Source: Octopus sinensis (Eukaryota). Taken from it: DNA of 64,000 nucleotides. The position numbers and the translations under genes were made by a program. Of the stretch, positions 1 through 11,960 are shown piece after piece. The stretch covers positions 25,110,001 through 25,174,000 of the forward strand of contig NC_043009.1 of NCBI RefSeq assembly GCF_006345805.1. Reading direction: 5' to 3'. The notes under the pieces are model-generated. The model searched no databases. It saw nothing but the letters and a program-made list of their open reading frames with translations, and was not told the DNA's origin. Numbering within the stretch: the stretch's first letter is position 1; each line of letters opens with the position of its first letter.

Positions 1-85
1 CTATAAATATATTTTCATATATATGTGTATGTATATGTGTGTATAGGCATATACAAATCAACCCCATGACGTATTCGTTGTAAGC

Positions 86-281
86 ATAGTACTTATTCTA
101 TCGGTTTCTTTTGCCTAACCGCTAAGTTACGGGGACGTAAACACACCAGCATCGGTTGTCAAACGATGGTGGGGGACGACCATACACACACCAAATTCAC
201 TCACTAAACTTTGGTCGGCCCGATGCTTTAGTAGAAGACACTTACCCAAGGCGTCACGCAGTGGGACTGAACCTGGAACAA
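86..281 (-). mobile_element. SINE family A (tRNA-derived), internally deleted copy
   Basis: Reverse complement of the family A body (ttcagtcccactgcgtg...ggtcttctactaaagcatcgggccgaccaaag...gacaaccgatgctggtgtgtttacgtccccgtaacttagcgg) shared with about 18 other loci in the window. Confidence 0.8.
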
Positions 282-382
282 TATATAATATTATATATAT
301 AATATATAATATATATGTGTATAATATATGTATGTATATTATATAAATACGTGTATATGTGTGTGTGTGTGTGTGTATGACG

Positions 383-429
<47 letters not shown>

Positions 430-434
<5 letters not shown>

Positions 435-653
435 TAAAAATACAAACTGAGACAAGAACGTAAAACATTTAGAAGACGATACAAAAATCACGGACAGGAC
501 ATTCGAAGTATTCAATCTTCAGTCAAGAACCGGATCATCCTAGCAATTTCGGCTGATTAATCTTGAGATTAGTCTTATTAATCTTACGACTAATAAACAG
601 TACAACTTAATTTAGCTGGGGTATTTTGGAAAAAAAAACCCTTTATCGGCAGA
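430..653. mobile_element. Unclassified interspersed repeat P1, copy with internal deletion, abutting (TA)n
   Basis: Near-identical to the two ends of 1121-1494 (aaaaatacaaactg...gattaatcttgagat and ctaataaacagtacaactt...ctttatcggcaga); the middle ~150 bp is missing. Confidence 0.7.
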
Positions 654-1120
654 CGAAGACAACGATGTTCTCACGACAGTGGTCGGAGGTCAAAAGGCTG
701 GTTTGACCAGCGGTCACGTGAGAGAAGAGTGAGAAAAGAAAGGGGGCAAAGGAAACAAAGAGAGAGAGAAAAAGAGGACGGAGGCAACAGGGGGGGGGGG
801 AGAAGAGAGAGAAAGAAGAAATTAAAGAGGGGAGAAGAAAGAGTGCGTGCCAAGGATTGGCTGGGGACAGAATCAATGAGTGCAAGTGAGAAAGACAGAG
901 AAATCTGAGAGAGTGGGGGAAGAGTAGACCAAAGAATCAGAGGCAAGAAAAGAGAAAAGGAGGAGAAGTAGAGAGAGAGAGAGAGAGAGAAGGAGACAGA
1001 TCAAAGTAGAGTGCACAGTGTGAAAGGAGAGAAAGACAGTGTATAGAGTCGTACTAAATTTACAGGAATATGTACTTACATAAGGCCAAAGAGGGTACGG
1101 ATGCCGCTATATATATTATA

Positions 1121-1494
1121 TATAGAAAAATACAAACTGGGACAAGAACGTAAAACGTTTAGAAGACGATACAAAAATCACGGACGGGACATTCGAAGCC
1201 TTCAATCTTCAGTCAAGAACCGGATCATCCTAGCAATTTCGGCTGATTAATCTTGAGATCGCTCCGATCCGGCCAGCCCCAAAGAAAAACTAAGCTACGA
1301 GCATTAGATTTCTTGAAAGAAGGATCGAATGTATACGAAACAGGGACAGAAAAACGGACGATGCCACACGAATATAAAATACAAAAAACAATAATGGTAA
1401 AAACTGGACAAAAACAACGGGTGTCTTACTACTAATAAACAGTACAACTTAGTTTAGCAGGCGTATTTTGGAAAAAATGCCTTTATCGGCAGAT
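1121..1494. mobile_element. Unclassified interspersed repeat P1, longer copy flanked by (TA)n
   Basis: Direct repeat of 430-653, with TA-rich microsatellite on both sides. Confidence 0.7.
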
Positions 1495-1607
1495 GTATAT
1501 ATGTATATATATATATAGTCAATTAGAAAAATACACAGAAAAAAGAAACGTGAGGACGTAGCACATGCAATGTATTAATAAGACGCTCAGAGAAAGAAGA
1601 GAGTAGT

Positions 1608-1644
1608 TGTTTTACATTTCGGGCATAGCTCTTCGTCGGAAACA
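1608..1644 (-). ncRNA. Degenerate minimal type I hammerhead ribozyme motif (Penelope-like)
   Basis: Minus strand TGTTT-CCGACGA-A-GAGC-TAT-GCCC-GAAA-TG-TA^-AAACA: 5-bp stem I, core with U4C, imperfect stem II, GUA triplet. Confidence 0.45.
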
Positions 1645-2255
1645 GGAAAAACAGGAAAGTCCAAAGGGAAAGAAGAAAGAAGGAAGAAAGAATCGCCAAC
1701 AGTCCACACATATACTCATGTACATGTGGTATACAATACATGTTGTTAATACACAAACTTTGATATTCATTCAACTGCCTCAATTATCATTTGTGCCCAT
1801 GGCTCTATATTTTTGACATGAATGGGTCACGCGCACGACTTAGCACTCGCGCGCGTGTGAGTGTTTGCGTTTGTGCGTGCGTGCGTATGTATGAATGTAT
1901 CTTTAATCTCTTACTTTTTCAGTCGTTGTACTACGGCCATGCTGTAGTTTTGTTATTTTTTAAGACTCTTACCTCTTCTATTGTTTCGTATGACGAACCA
2001 CTATGCTGCAGGAACGGGAAGAAACACACACAGATATGTGTATGCGTGTATGGGTGTCTGTATTTATGCGTGTTTGTCCACCCCTCGATTGACAACCGGT
2101 GTAGGTGTTATATGTGTGTGTGTGTATGTGTATGTATGTATGTATGTATGTATGTATGTATGTATGTATGTATGTATGTATGTATGTATGAATGTATGTA
2201 TGTATGTATGAATGAATGTATGTATGTATGTATGGATGGATGGATATATATATAC

Positions 2256-2490
2256 GGCGGGGAGCTAGCAGAGACATTAACACGCCGGGCGAAATTTTCA
2301 GCTATATTTCGTCTACCGTTACGTTCTGAGTTCAATTTCCGCCGATGCCGACTTATCCTTTCATTCCTTCGGGATCGATTAAATAAGTGCCAGTTACGCA
2401 CTGGGGTCGAGGTAATCGACTTAATCCCTTTGTCTGTCCTTGTCTGTCCCCTCTATGTTTAGACCCCTCCCCTGTAGGCAAGAAAATATT
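2256..2490 (+). mobile_element. SINE family B (tRNA-derived)
   Basis: ggcggggagctagcagag head, B-box-like gagttcaatttcc, body ctttcattccttcgggatcgat...cactggggtcgaggtaatcgac shared with about 12 other loci. Confidence 0.85.
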
Positions 2491-3379
2491 ATGTACATAT
2501 GTATTTTTTATATCTAGTTTCCGCTCACGATCTGTGGCCATGCTGGAGTACCGCCATTTGGTGTTGCCACATAATTTTACTTCACGATTGCTTTTTACGA
2601 ATTGATAGTTGGTGCATGAGTGGGTTTGATGCCGCTACCCTCATCTGCACCTCCTGCCACGAAGTTGGTTCATTTGGGACACTTCACAGTAAGTAGTCCA
2701 GCTTTATTTTGAAGACACCTACATCCACCCCATGCAGGTCTCTCAGGTCCTTCGGGAGGATATTGAAGAGCTGTGGACCTCTGAAGCCTAGGCTATTGCA
2801 GCGTCTTGTCCTACATCTTGATGGCAAATTTGCAGTCCTTGGCGCTATGCAGTGGCGCCCAGTTCCAGTATTTGTGTAACTCTCGATGCCAAAGTTTGGG
2901 AGACAAGTCCTTCCAGGATCTTCTAGATCTATATTATGGCATATCTTTCTTGCCTACGCTATAAAGAATAGTGTCTTAATCTCTTGAGCCTTTCCCAGTA
3001 GCTTATATGCTGCATAGGGGCTATCTTCTTCCTGTAGCTTCGTTGGATTGCCTCAAGTTCTGAGGTTAATTTGACACTAGTTGGTGACCATAGCTGAGAG
3101 CAATAGTCAAAGTGGTTTAGGCCATGTGTCCTCCACAGGACCATCATGGTTTCCTGATCTCTTGTTCTAAAAGTTCTAAGAATCCATCCGGTCAGCCGCC
3201 TGCATTTCATTGCCAATTTAGCAACATGTACATGGAAGGATGCGTCATTACTTATGTAAATGCCCAGGTCTCGCACTGACTTTGCCTCTGGGATTACAGT
3301 CCCTCCAGGTTCAGTGTATTTAATGGGTATTGCATTTAGTTTTGAATGCTGATAGCATAAAGCTTGAAACTTTTCAGCA

Positions 3380-4207
3380 TTAGGCTTCTTGAACCCACTT
3401 GTATATTTTATCCAGTTGCCATTGCAGGTGCATAGTGTCTTCAGGGTTCTCTATTACCCGAGAGACTTTTGTATCATCTGCATAACTTGTGATCGTGGTT
3501 CTCTGTGTGGTTGAGGGCATTTCTGAGAGAGCCATTATGGACAGTAGTGGTCCCAAAACAGTGCCTTGCGGAACACCGCTCACTATTTGCGTGTCATTGG
3601 AGGTGATCCCATCAGCTACTACCACCTGACTGCTATCCTTCAGAAAATCATGAAGCCATTCTCCCAATTTTCCAACTATGCCGAGATCACGCAGTTTGTG
3701 ACATATCATTCCATGATCGGCTTTATCAACGTCCTTTGCAAAGTCGAGATATATGACTTCTACATTTGAGTGGTTGAGCAACTGTTTCAGCACCCAGTCA
3801 TAGTGTTGTAAGATCTGAGTCAAGCAGCTTCTTCCTGGTCGGAAACCATGTTGGGTGTCAGGCAGCAAGTCATTTTCTTCAAGGAAGGCGATTAGTTTTC
3901 TTCTGACTATTCGTTCCATGACCTTGCTGATGTGAAAGGTCAGAGAGATAGGTCTGTAGGACTTGGCCTCCGCTCTGCCACCTCTTTTATGAATTGGGCA
4001 TATTTTACCCTCCTTCAATTTTCTTGGAAGTTTGCCAGTTGCAAGGAAGCTCTGAAAGAGAGACTGCAGTGGTCTTGCTAGGATTCGCTTATATACTTTT
4101 AGAAGTATTGCTGGGAATCCATCAGAGCCACTAGCTGAGTTTTGTTTCATTCCATCTATAGCTCTTATTACATCGTCTTCCTTTATATTGATGTAATCAA
4201 TCATCAC
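3380..4207 (-). pseudogene. LINE ORF2 reverse transcriptase domain fragment (275 aa)
   Basis: Contains the YRPISLT, QHGFRPGRSCLTQ, YLDFAKDVDK, SGVPQGTVLGPLL and YADD motifs; neighbouring ORF2 parts lie in other frames. Confidence 0.92.
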
Positions 4208-5037
4208 TGCCTGTTTTTATATCTGCAGTGGTAAAAAAAAGTCAGTCTGACTTTCAAGTGTCCTAGGGGTAGAGTGAAAATACATTTGAATTGCTCATTT
4301 AGTATTTCACTTATCCTCATTGGGTTTCCTGTGAGTGTACCATCTTTTTCGAGGAGTGGCCCTATCCTGCAGTGCACTGAAGCTGTTTCTTTAGCAAACT
4401 TGTAGAAAGCTCTGGGGTTAAATTTTATATTGTCTATAGCCCAGGCTTCTTTGTCTGCTCTCTTTTTCATGGGAGAGTTGCAGACATTTTTCAATTTCCA
4501 GCAGTTGTATTTTCAGGCGGGACTTTTCACTGCTTTCAATTTGTTTGTTTAGGCGATTTGAAACTTTTGTATGCCGTCTCATAAGAATTTTCCCCTCCCT
4601 GGGGATTTTGTTCTTGTGTACAGTGGTCTTTCTCTCCGGGACACATTTGTAGCTTATGGCTTGCATTCCAGACATGAATTGTTGAAGTTTCATGTCAATG
4701 TCCAGTGAGGAGAGACATTTAGGCCAGTTTTGCTTGAGGATCTCTTTCTCAATTTGTTTCCAGTTTGCCTTATGGAAGTTCAAGCTGGAAAAATTCTGAG
4801 AGTTTCTTGTAGGCTGTATGTCCTTGGTTTCCTTTGGTCCATACATGGTAAGCTCTACCATGTCGTGATCCGAGAGTAGCGTCGGTGTCACTTTCACATT
4901 ATGGATGAGATCCATATTATTTGTGAAGCAGAGATCCAGTATGTTACCTGCCCTGGTTGGCTGGAGTATTATTTGTTCCATGTACAAAGTGTTGATGAGG
5001 TTCAGGAGGGACTTCACCTGTCCTTGTTCGTATCGTA

Positions 5038-5510
5038 TCATTCCTGGAGAGAAAGGCCCTCGGACCATCTGACATTGGGCAGATTTAAGTCTCCCATAAG
5101 AAGTACACTTATGTGTTGTTCTAATGTGACTATTTTTGTAAGGCAGTCTTCAAACTTGCCTACATGATTCGGAGCATCTGGAGGCCCATATGTAGCACAT
5201 ATAACTACACCGAGTTGCTTTATATGTACAATTAGTGTGTCACATATTGAATTTGAGTGTGCCAAAAGGACTTGGGGTGTAAGGTCTTCGCAGATGTACA
5301 TAGCAACTCCACCATGACTCGTTTCTTTCCTGTCGGTCCGTAATACAACATGCTGTGGTATGTGTATTTCTGCATTTGTTATGTCTGGTTTCAGGTGTGT
5401 TTCCGTAAGGCTTGATTGCATACAACACGGTCTCTTAAGAAAGGGATTTTTGTCCTGTTACTAAGTGCTAACATTCCTCTGATGTTCAGTAAGTGCACTG
5501 ATTTGATGTG
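5038..5510 (-). pseudogene. LINE ORF2 apurinic-endonuclease-like domain, frameshifted
   Basis: SVHLLNIRG...TKIPFLRD, then SLTETHLKPDITNAEI...RTDRKETSHGGVAMYI...ICATYGPP; LMGDLNLP in the next frame. Confidence 0.85.
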
Positions 5511-5875
5511 TGTGTTGTTGCCAGTGGTGCCCACCTTGGGTCTATTTGCTGTGGTAGTCTTTTGTATTGGGGATAGTCCCACCTGTGAGATCGATTTAAC
5601 CAGGTCAGCTGCTGTACATTCTTTTGTGCCATGCACAAAAAGATGGTTGCTCAGCAGCTGCCCTTTCAATGACATGTTGATAAGTCTGGTTTGTAGCACG
5701 CATTACATCTGTGTACTTCCGTTTTGGGGCAGGTGGTGCGTAGTCCTTTCCTTTTGGCAGGTGGTTTCCGCCCTGTTTCATGTTTATGTGGCGGGGTCTT
5801 TGGTGTGGAAAACGGCAGCTTGCACCCTCTTCTCTATGCCAACTGGCACCTTGTATATGTATACATATATGTATA

Positions 5876-5939
<64 letters not shown>

Positions 5940-6121
5940 TATATATATATATATATATATAATGCTATATGTATATAAAATATATATATATTAGAATATA
6001 TATATATATCTATAGATATATATATATATACGTATGTATAGACATATACGTTTATGTCTATATACATACGTACATACGTATACATATATATATATGTATA
6101 ATATATATATATTATATATAT

Positions 6122-6440
6122 GGCTGTGTGTAAGTATTGCTAACCATACGGTTGCGGGTTTCAGTCCCACTGCGTGGCATCTTGGCAAGTGTCTTCTGCT
6201 ATAGCCCCGGCCGACCATGTGAGTGGTTTGGTAGACGGAAACTGAAGAAGCCTGTCGTATATATGTATATATATGTATATGTGTGTATGTGTTTGTCCCC
6301 CTAGCATTGCTGACAACCGATGCTGGTGTAGGTCCCCGTCACTTAGCGGTAAAAAGCCGATAAAATAAGTACTAAAAGTGGTGCTCCAGCATGGCCGCAT
6401 CAAATGACAAACAAGTAAAAGAGTAAAAGATATAAAAGAG
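6122..6440 (+). mobile_element. SINE family A, copy with many 1-2 nt deletions
   Basis: Head gctgtgtgtaagtattgc, gggtttcagtcccactgcgtggc, tail gtggtgctccagcatggccgcatcaaatgacaaacaagtaaaagag. Confidence 0.85.
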
Positions 6441-6747
6441 TATATATATATGTCTATATATATATATATAATTCTTTAAAATGCATATTATTGACAGCGA
6501 CTTGGAAGTTTCGGCTAGTTAAGCCATGGTCGGATTGCAGTCCGACAAAGACCTAATCATTTTCTTGTTTTAGAATAATAAATTTGTATCCTACAAAAAT
6601 AATAAGAAATCCACCAGATCAATGGAAAATTGTTTTTTACTATAACAAACTTAGAAACAAGTGTGTCTGTGTGTGTGTCACGTAGATATATTCACATATT
6701 CATGCATACATGGATAAATAAATGCTCACCGCACATACATACATACT

Positions 6748-6808
<61 letters not shown>

Positions 6809-7385
6809 CAATTTGACGACTCCACTAGAATGGACGAAAGCGCTTTAAACATATGATATATGATGTATAAAAACATGTAACATACAAATAAATATCTGTA
6901 ATTATAAAACCATCCGAATTTATGAGTACCACGTCATTTCTTCTAATATAAAATACCTGTACATCATCTCCAAACCTTCTAATATATCTATATATATCTA
7001 TCTATATATCTCTATATATATATATATATATATATAGTCACTGTGTTGTGCATGGCATTTATCAAACAGTTCTACAACTGGTGTTGAAAACGTTAACCAA
7101 TTCCTTTTATCTGAAGTGATAGTTATTGCTGTCTATCTGTATTTGCGCGCGCGCGTGAGTGTGCGCGCGGGTGTCTGTGTGAGTGAGTGCTTTTATTTCG
7201 GTGTTGCTTATAGCTTGCGCTTCATCTTTTGATGTCAATTACCGTAGCAATTCGATAATTAGAAATCGATAAAATAAGTACATAAGTGTGAAATAAGTAC
7301 TGAGTTGGATTTACACACACGCGCGCGCGCACATACGTGCATACACACACATACATACAGATAGATAGATAGATAGATAGATAGA

Positions 7386-7416
<31 letters not shown>

Positions 7417-7457
7417 GTTCAGATATGTGCGTGTTTACGTTTGTACATATGTAGCAA

Positions 7458-7830
7458 TGGCCATGTGCTAAAAAGCTTGCTTTCCAACCACATGGTTCTG
7501 GGTTCAGTCCCACAGCGTGGCACTTTGGTCAAGTATCTTCTACTATAGCCTCGTGCCTACCAAAGCCTTGAGAGTGGATTTGGTAGACGGAAACTGAAAG
7601 AAGCCCGTCGTATATGTATATATATGTGTGTTTGTATGTGTCCCCCACCATCTCTTGACCACCAATGCTGGTGTATTTACGTCCCTGTACTTAACGGTTC
7701 GGCAAAATAGACCAATAGAGTAAGTACTAGGCTTACAAAGAATAAATCCTGGGGTCGATTTGCTCGACTAAAGGCGGTGCTTCAGCATGACCGCAATCAA
7801 ATGACTGAAACAAATAAAAAAGAATAAAAG
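7458..7830 (+). mobile_element. SINE family A, near full length
   Basis: Head with gggttcagtccc, central TA/TG microsatellite, tail aaggcggtgcttcagcatgaccgcaatcaaatgactgaaac. Confidence 0.9.
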
Positions 7831-7980
7831 GTTATATATTATATATATATATTGATAAAAATGGTAAGACAATAAAATAATTGTCCGAATAATTGTCACA
7901 TATTACATTTACAGATATATATATAATATAACATTTGTCTCTGTGTGTATGTACATATATAGATATATATGTAGTAATTA

Positions 7981-8027
<47 letters not shown>

Positions 8028-8034
8028 ATAATAT

Positions 8035-8065
<31 letters not shown>

Positions 8066-8299
8066 CTTTATATATCTATTAGTATGTGTATTTATCTCTA
8101 TGTACACACTCACACTGGTAATACGAAACGAGGAAGAGATTGTAGCGGCTGTCTCGCGTTCACTCTTCACCGTGGTTCCCTGCTTTCAGTTCGCTATTGC
8201 TGCGATACAAGAATTATAGTTAGTTCCATTAAAACCTTTCTCTATGACTTGGCTGAAGGTTGCTGGCTTTCTCAATCTCGCTTTGCTGCTTCTACTGCC

Positions 8300-10082
8300 C
8301 TTGCTACTGCTGCTGCTGTAATGGTTGCTGCTGCTGCTACTGCTGCTACTGCTGCTGCTTCCTTGTTGGTCGGCAATGGTGCGTCTAAGTGGCAAGGGTG
8401 ATATGATAGCGGTAGCTCTTGTTGTAACGATGGTGACGTTGGCGATAGTGATAGTAGTACTGATGATGATAGTTATAACGATACTGTTGCTGTGTTTGAT
8501 AGTGACACTGATGATGCCGGTTATGAGGATACTGCTGCTGTTGTTATTGGTTGTTGTGGTGATGGTGGTGGAGATTTGGCGTTTCGTCGTCGTTATCGTT
8601 GTTGTGGTGCTAGTCACGCTGGCGGCGGTGGCGCTATAGTGATGGCGGTAGCGTTGTAAGTGGCAATGGCTGTGTCGGTGTAAAAGTAACTGCCGATGAT
8701 GATGGTGGTCATGGTGGTCATGGTGGTGGAGGTGGTGGTGGTGGTGGTGGTGGCGGTGGCGGCGTGAGGTGCTAGCAGTGTTGTATGTCGTTTCGCGCCA
8801 GGTCAGCCTTGATCGAAAAGACGTGTACTCAAAAGCATTCCAACCGTGACCATCCTGTGTATTATGTAGTATCACGTGCTACATTATTCAACCTGTCTTT
8901 TGCTTCGCTTTTTTTTCTTTTTAAGGATGTTGGGTGTGATTTAAGAGAGATCTGACTACTATTTCTAGCAGATTGAGTGACTACATACAATCTCTTGCTT
9001 TGGCTTCAGTGCAGACTTGATGTGTTGGTGGCGATGGAAGTAGTGGCAGCGTGGTGCTGGCAGTAGTTTTCCGAGTGGTGTGGTCCTTTTGGTGGTTCTG
9101 GTGTTAGTGGTTGTTGTGGTGTTGGTGCTAGTGGTAGACTGGTGTGGTAGTGCTGACGATATTGGTGCGTTTGTAGTAGCAGTAGTAGTAGTATAGTAGT
9201 AGTGAAGGGGTAGTGCAGTGCTGGTAGTAGTATTACATTGGAGTAGTAGTACAGGTTGTAGTGTTAGTAATGGAGAAATACGATGGTTTTTGTGGTAGTG
9301 GTGTGGGTGGTGATGGTGGTGGTAGTGGTGGTGGTAGTGGTAGTGGTGGTGGTGGTGAGGATGGTGGGGAAACGTAGCAGTTTGGGTAGTAGCAGTAGTA
9401 GATTATTGTGGTGGTGTTAGCGGTAGTGGTGTATATGGTAGTGGTCATGGTAACTGTAGTGGTTGGAGTGTTAGTATCCATCGTATTGGTAGTAGTTGTA
9501 ATGGTGTAGAGGTGTGTTAGTTTGGGTGATGGTGGTATTGTTTGCAGCAGATTATTGTGGTGGTGTTGGTGCTAGTGGTACGTCCTTGGTTGTGGTTTCG
9601 GTAGTAGTCGTGTTAATGAGAATGATGATCGTTATTACTGTTGTTATGTAACCCTATGATCGATATAACCTATAATCAAAGACAATCAAATCACGACCAT
9701 CACATCGTTTTTTCCCCACTTCTTTTTTTTTCAGAAATTGCGTCCATTTGAGCTGCTCTTTCTAGCAGGTTGAGCGGACACAGAGAGGCTTCCTCGCTGT
9801 TGCTGCTGTTGTAGTTGTTGTTGCTTTTGATATTAGCGATGATGGTCGGAGGGGGGAGATGATGGTAGTGATGGTGATGGAGGGGGAGATGATGATAGTG
9901 ATGATGATGGATGTAGTGTGGTAATGGGAGGGATTGTGATGGAGGTGGTGGTGGTGGTGGTGGTTGCGGCGGTTGTGGGTGTTAAGGTGGAGTAGATGTA
10001 GGGTGGTAACGGGTATAAGATGGTGGCGGTGGAGATGATGATGATGATGGTGGTTTCTCTATCTTTTATTTGTTCCGATAAC

Positions 10083-10124
<42 letters not shown>

Positions 10125-10550
10125 ATGGTGTTGATAGTGGTAGTGATGGTGGTTTTGGTGATACCGTTTGTATTTGTGAGGGTAGTTCGAAGTGGTGGTG
10201 GTGGTGGTGGTGGTGGTGGTGATGACGGCGGTGATGGCGATAATAGAAAGGTGTTGGTCAGTCAAGGGCATTAATACTTGTGGTGGTGGTGGTGGTAGAT
10301 TGTGGCGACGGCGATGGTGCTGTTTGTTGTGTGGGTGGAAGTAGTTCTGGTGATAGTTTGCATTAGTGGGGGTGTTGTTGTTGGTGGTTCTGGTGTTGTT
10401 GGTTTTGATGGTGTTGGTGGCAGTGATGTTCGTGGTGATTATGGTGGTGGCGGTGATGGTATAGTTGGTAGATATCGTAGTGGTGGTGGTGGTGGTGGTG
10501 GTGGTGGTGGTGTTGGTGGTGGTAGTAGTGGAATTGATAGTTGTAAAGTT
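8300..10550. repeat. Compound trinucleotide low-complexity tracts (GCT, GGT, GTA, GAT)
   Basis: Visible degenerate (GCT)n, (GGT)n and (GTA)n runs with short unique interruptions. Confidence 0.85.
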
Positions 10551-10586
10551 TCTTCATATATCACTCACTTTCACTTGCGGTATCTG

Positions 10587-10643
<57 letters not shown>

Positions 10644-10805
10644 GCATGCAGACAGATACGGTCGCATGTGCCAGACTCTGTCAGGTAGTTCTGATATATA
10701 TAAATAAATGGACTCATTATCTTACACACCCATACATACGCACACACACTCACACACACATACACATATATATAAACAAACTCACATACACATACGTATA
10801 TGTAC

Positions 10806-10842
<37 letters not shown>

Positions 10843-10988
10843 CACATATATATATATATATATATGCGTATGTGTGTGTGTAAACGCATGAATATACACA
10901 TACACGCATGTATACATACACATATATATATAAACGTATAGATATACACATACAAGCATGCTTGCGCGCATGCTTAAATACATACATA

Positions 10989-11315
10989 CTCTTTTACTTG
11001 TTTCAGTCATTTGACTGCGGCCATGCTGGAGCACCGCCTTTAGTCGAACAAATAGACCCCAGGACTTTTTCTTTGTAAGCCTAGTACTTATTCAATCGTC
11101 TCTTTTGCCGAGCCGCTAAGTTACGGGGTCGTAAACATACCAGCATCGGTTGTCAAGCAATGGTCGGGGGACAAACATAGACACACAAACATATACACAC
11201 ACATACATATAAATACATATATACGACGGGCTTCCTTCAGTTTCCGCCTGCCAAATCCACTCATAAGGCTTTGGTCGACCCGAGGTTATAGTAAAAGACA
11301 CTTGCCCAAGGTGCC
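10989..11315 (-). mobile_element. SINE family A, head truncated
   Basis: ttttacttgtttcagtcatttgactgcggccatgctggagcaccgccttt is the reverse complement of the family A tail. Confidence 0.9.
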
Positions 11316-11459
11316 CAAAATTATATGCATATATTACACATATACATAATACACGTAAATTACATAAGACATTATTATACACATATATACCATACATATG
11401 TAATAAACATACATTACATGCATGCATACAGTTCATTAATATCTGCATCACAATTTCTG

Positions 11460-11960
11460 TATCCAAAGATCATAAGAAAGAGCGGCTTTCCCCCTGATGT
11501 CTATGTGAACCAATCCTTGATACTGCAGCGGGTTTATTTCCTGTCGGTGATTAGTTCTTTTCAAGTGAGGCTCACTCGGCGCAGTCCGATCCTACTTCAT
11601 AGACTTGGAGCCACAATGGCTCAACAGGCTAAGACTGGTGCAGTGAGACCAGAAAGCTGTAGGTTTTACATTAGAGCGGCCTTCACTTAGGTCAATTGCC
11701 TTACAGAGCTGAAGAACTCCACCAACACTAGAGATGCCGAAAGGGTGTCGAAGGTGGCACCGATCCGCTTAAGGAAACCCACTCCTTGATTTGCTGTTCA
11801 GTTTAACTCTCCTAACCTTTCATTTTCCTAAGACACTCACGAGGCCGTGAAGGTCTGTGCTTGGATATTCATCATACGGAAACTCATTTATAAAACAAAA
11901 ACATACCCAAAGCTGTCATTGCACTCACCAAATTTCAGGACTTCTCTTGCTTCACGTCAC
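11460..11960. other. Unique-looking balanced-composition segment, possible old retroelement fragment
   Basis: Non-microsatellite island with no intact ORF or diagnostic motif; the assignment is inference only. Confidence 0.25.

Larger units (their letters stand above)
2504..5854 (-). mobile_element. CR1/L2-type non-LTR retrotransposon (APE endonuclease + RT), 5'-truncated and decayed
   Basis: Collinear ORF2 fragments on the minus strand: EN (HLLNIRG, LTETHL, RTDRKETSHGGVAMY, LMGDLN), RT (QHGFRPGRSC, YLDFAK, GVPQGTVLGPLL, YADD), C-terminus (YCSQLWSP, ERLKRLRHYSL), then a 3' tail ending gaaactagatataaaaaa. Confidence 0.92.

Noticed and set aside
1190-1270. Hammerhead in repeat P1 (minus strand CTGAAGA...CGAAT)
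   Set aside because: GAAA is replaced by GAAT and no stem I partner is present
2497-5861. 7-bp target-site duplication ATATGTA around the LINE
   Set aside because: Both flanks are TA/TG microsatellite-like, so the match is not significant
8186-8875. 229-aa His/Thr/Ser-rich ORF and overlapping ORFs
   Set aside because: Translation of trinucleotide microsatellites; no domain and no convincing splice context
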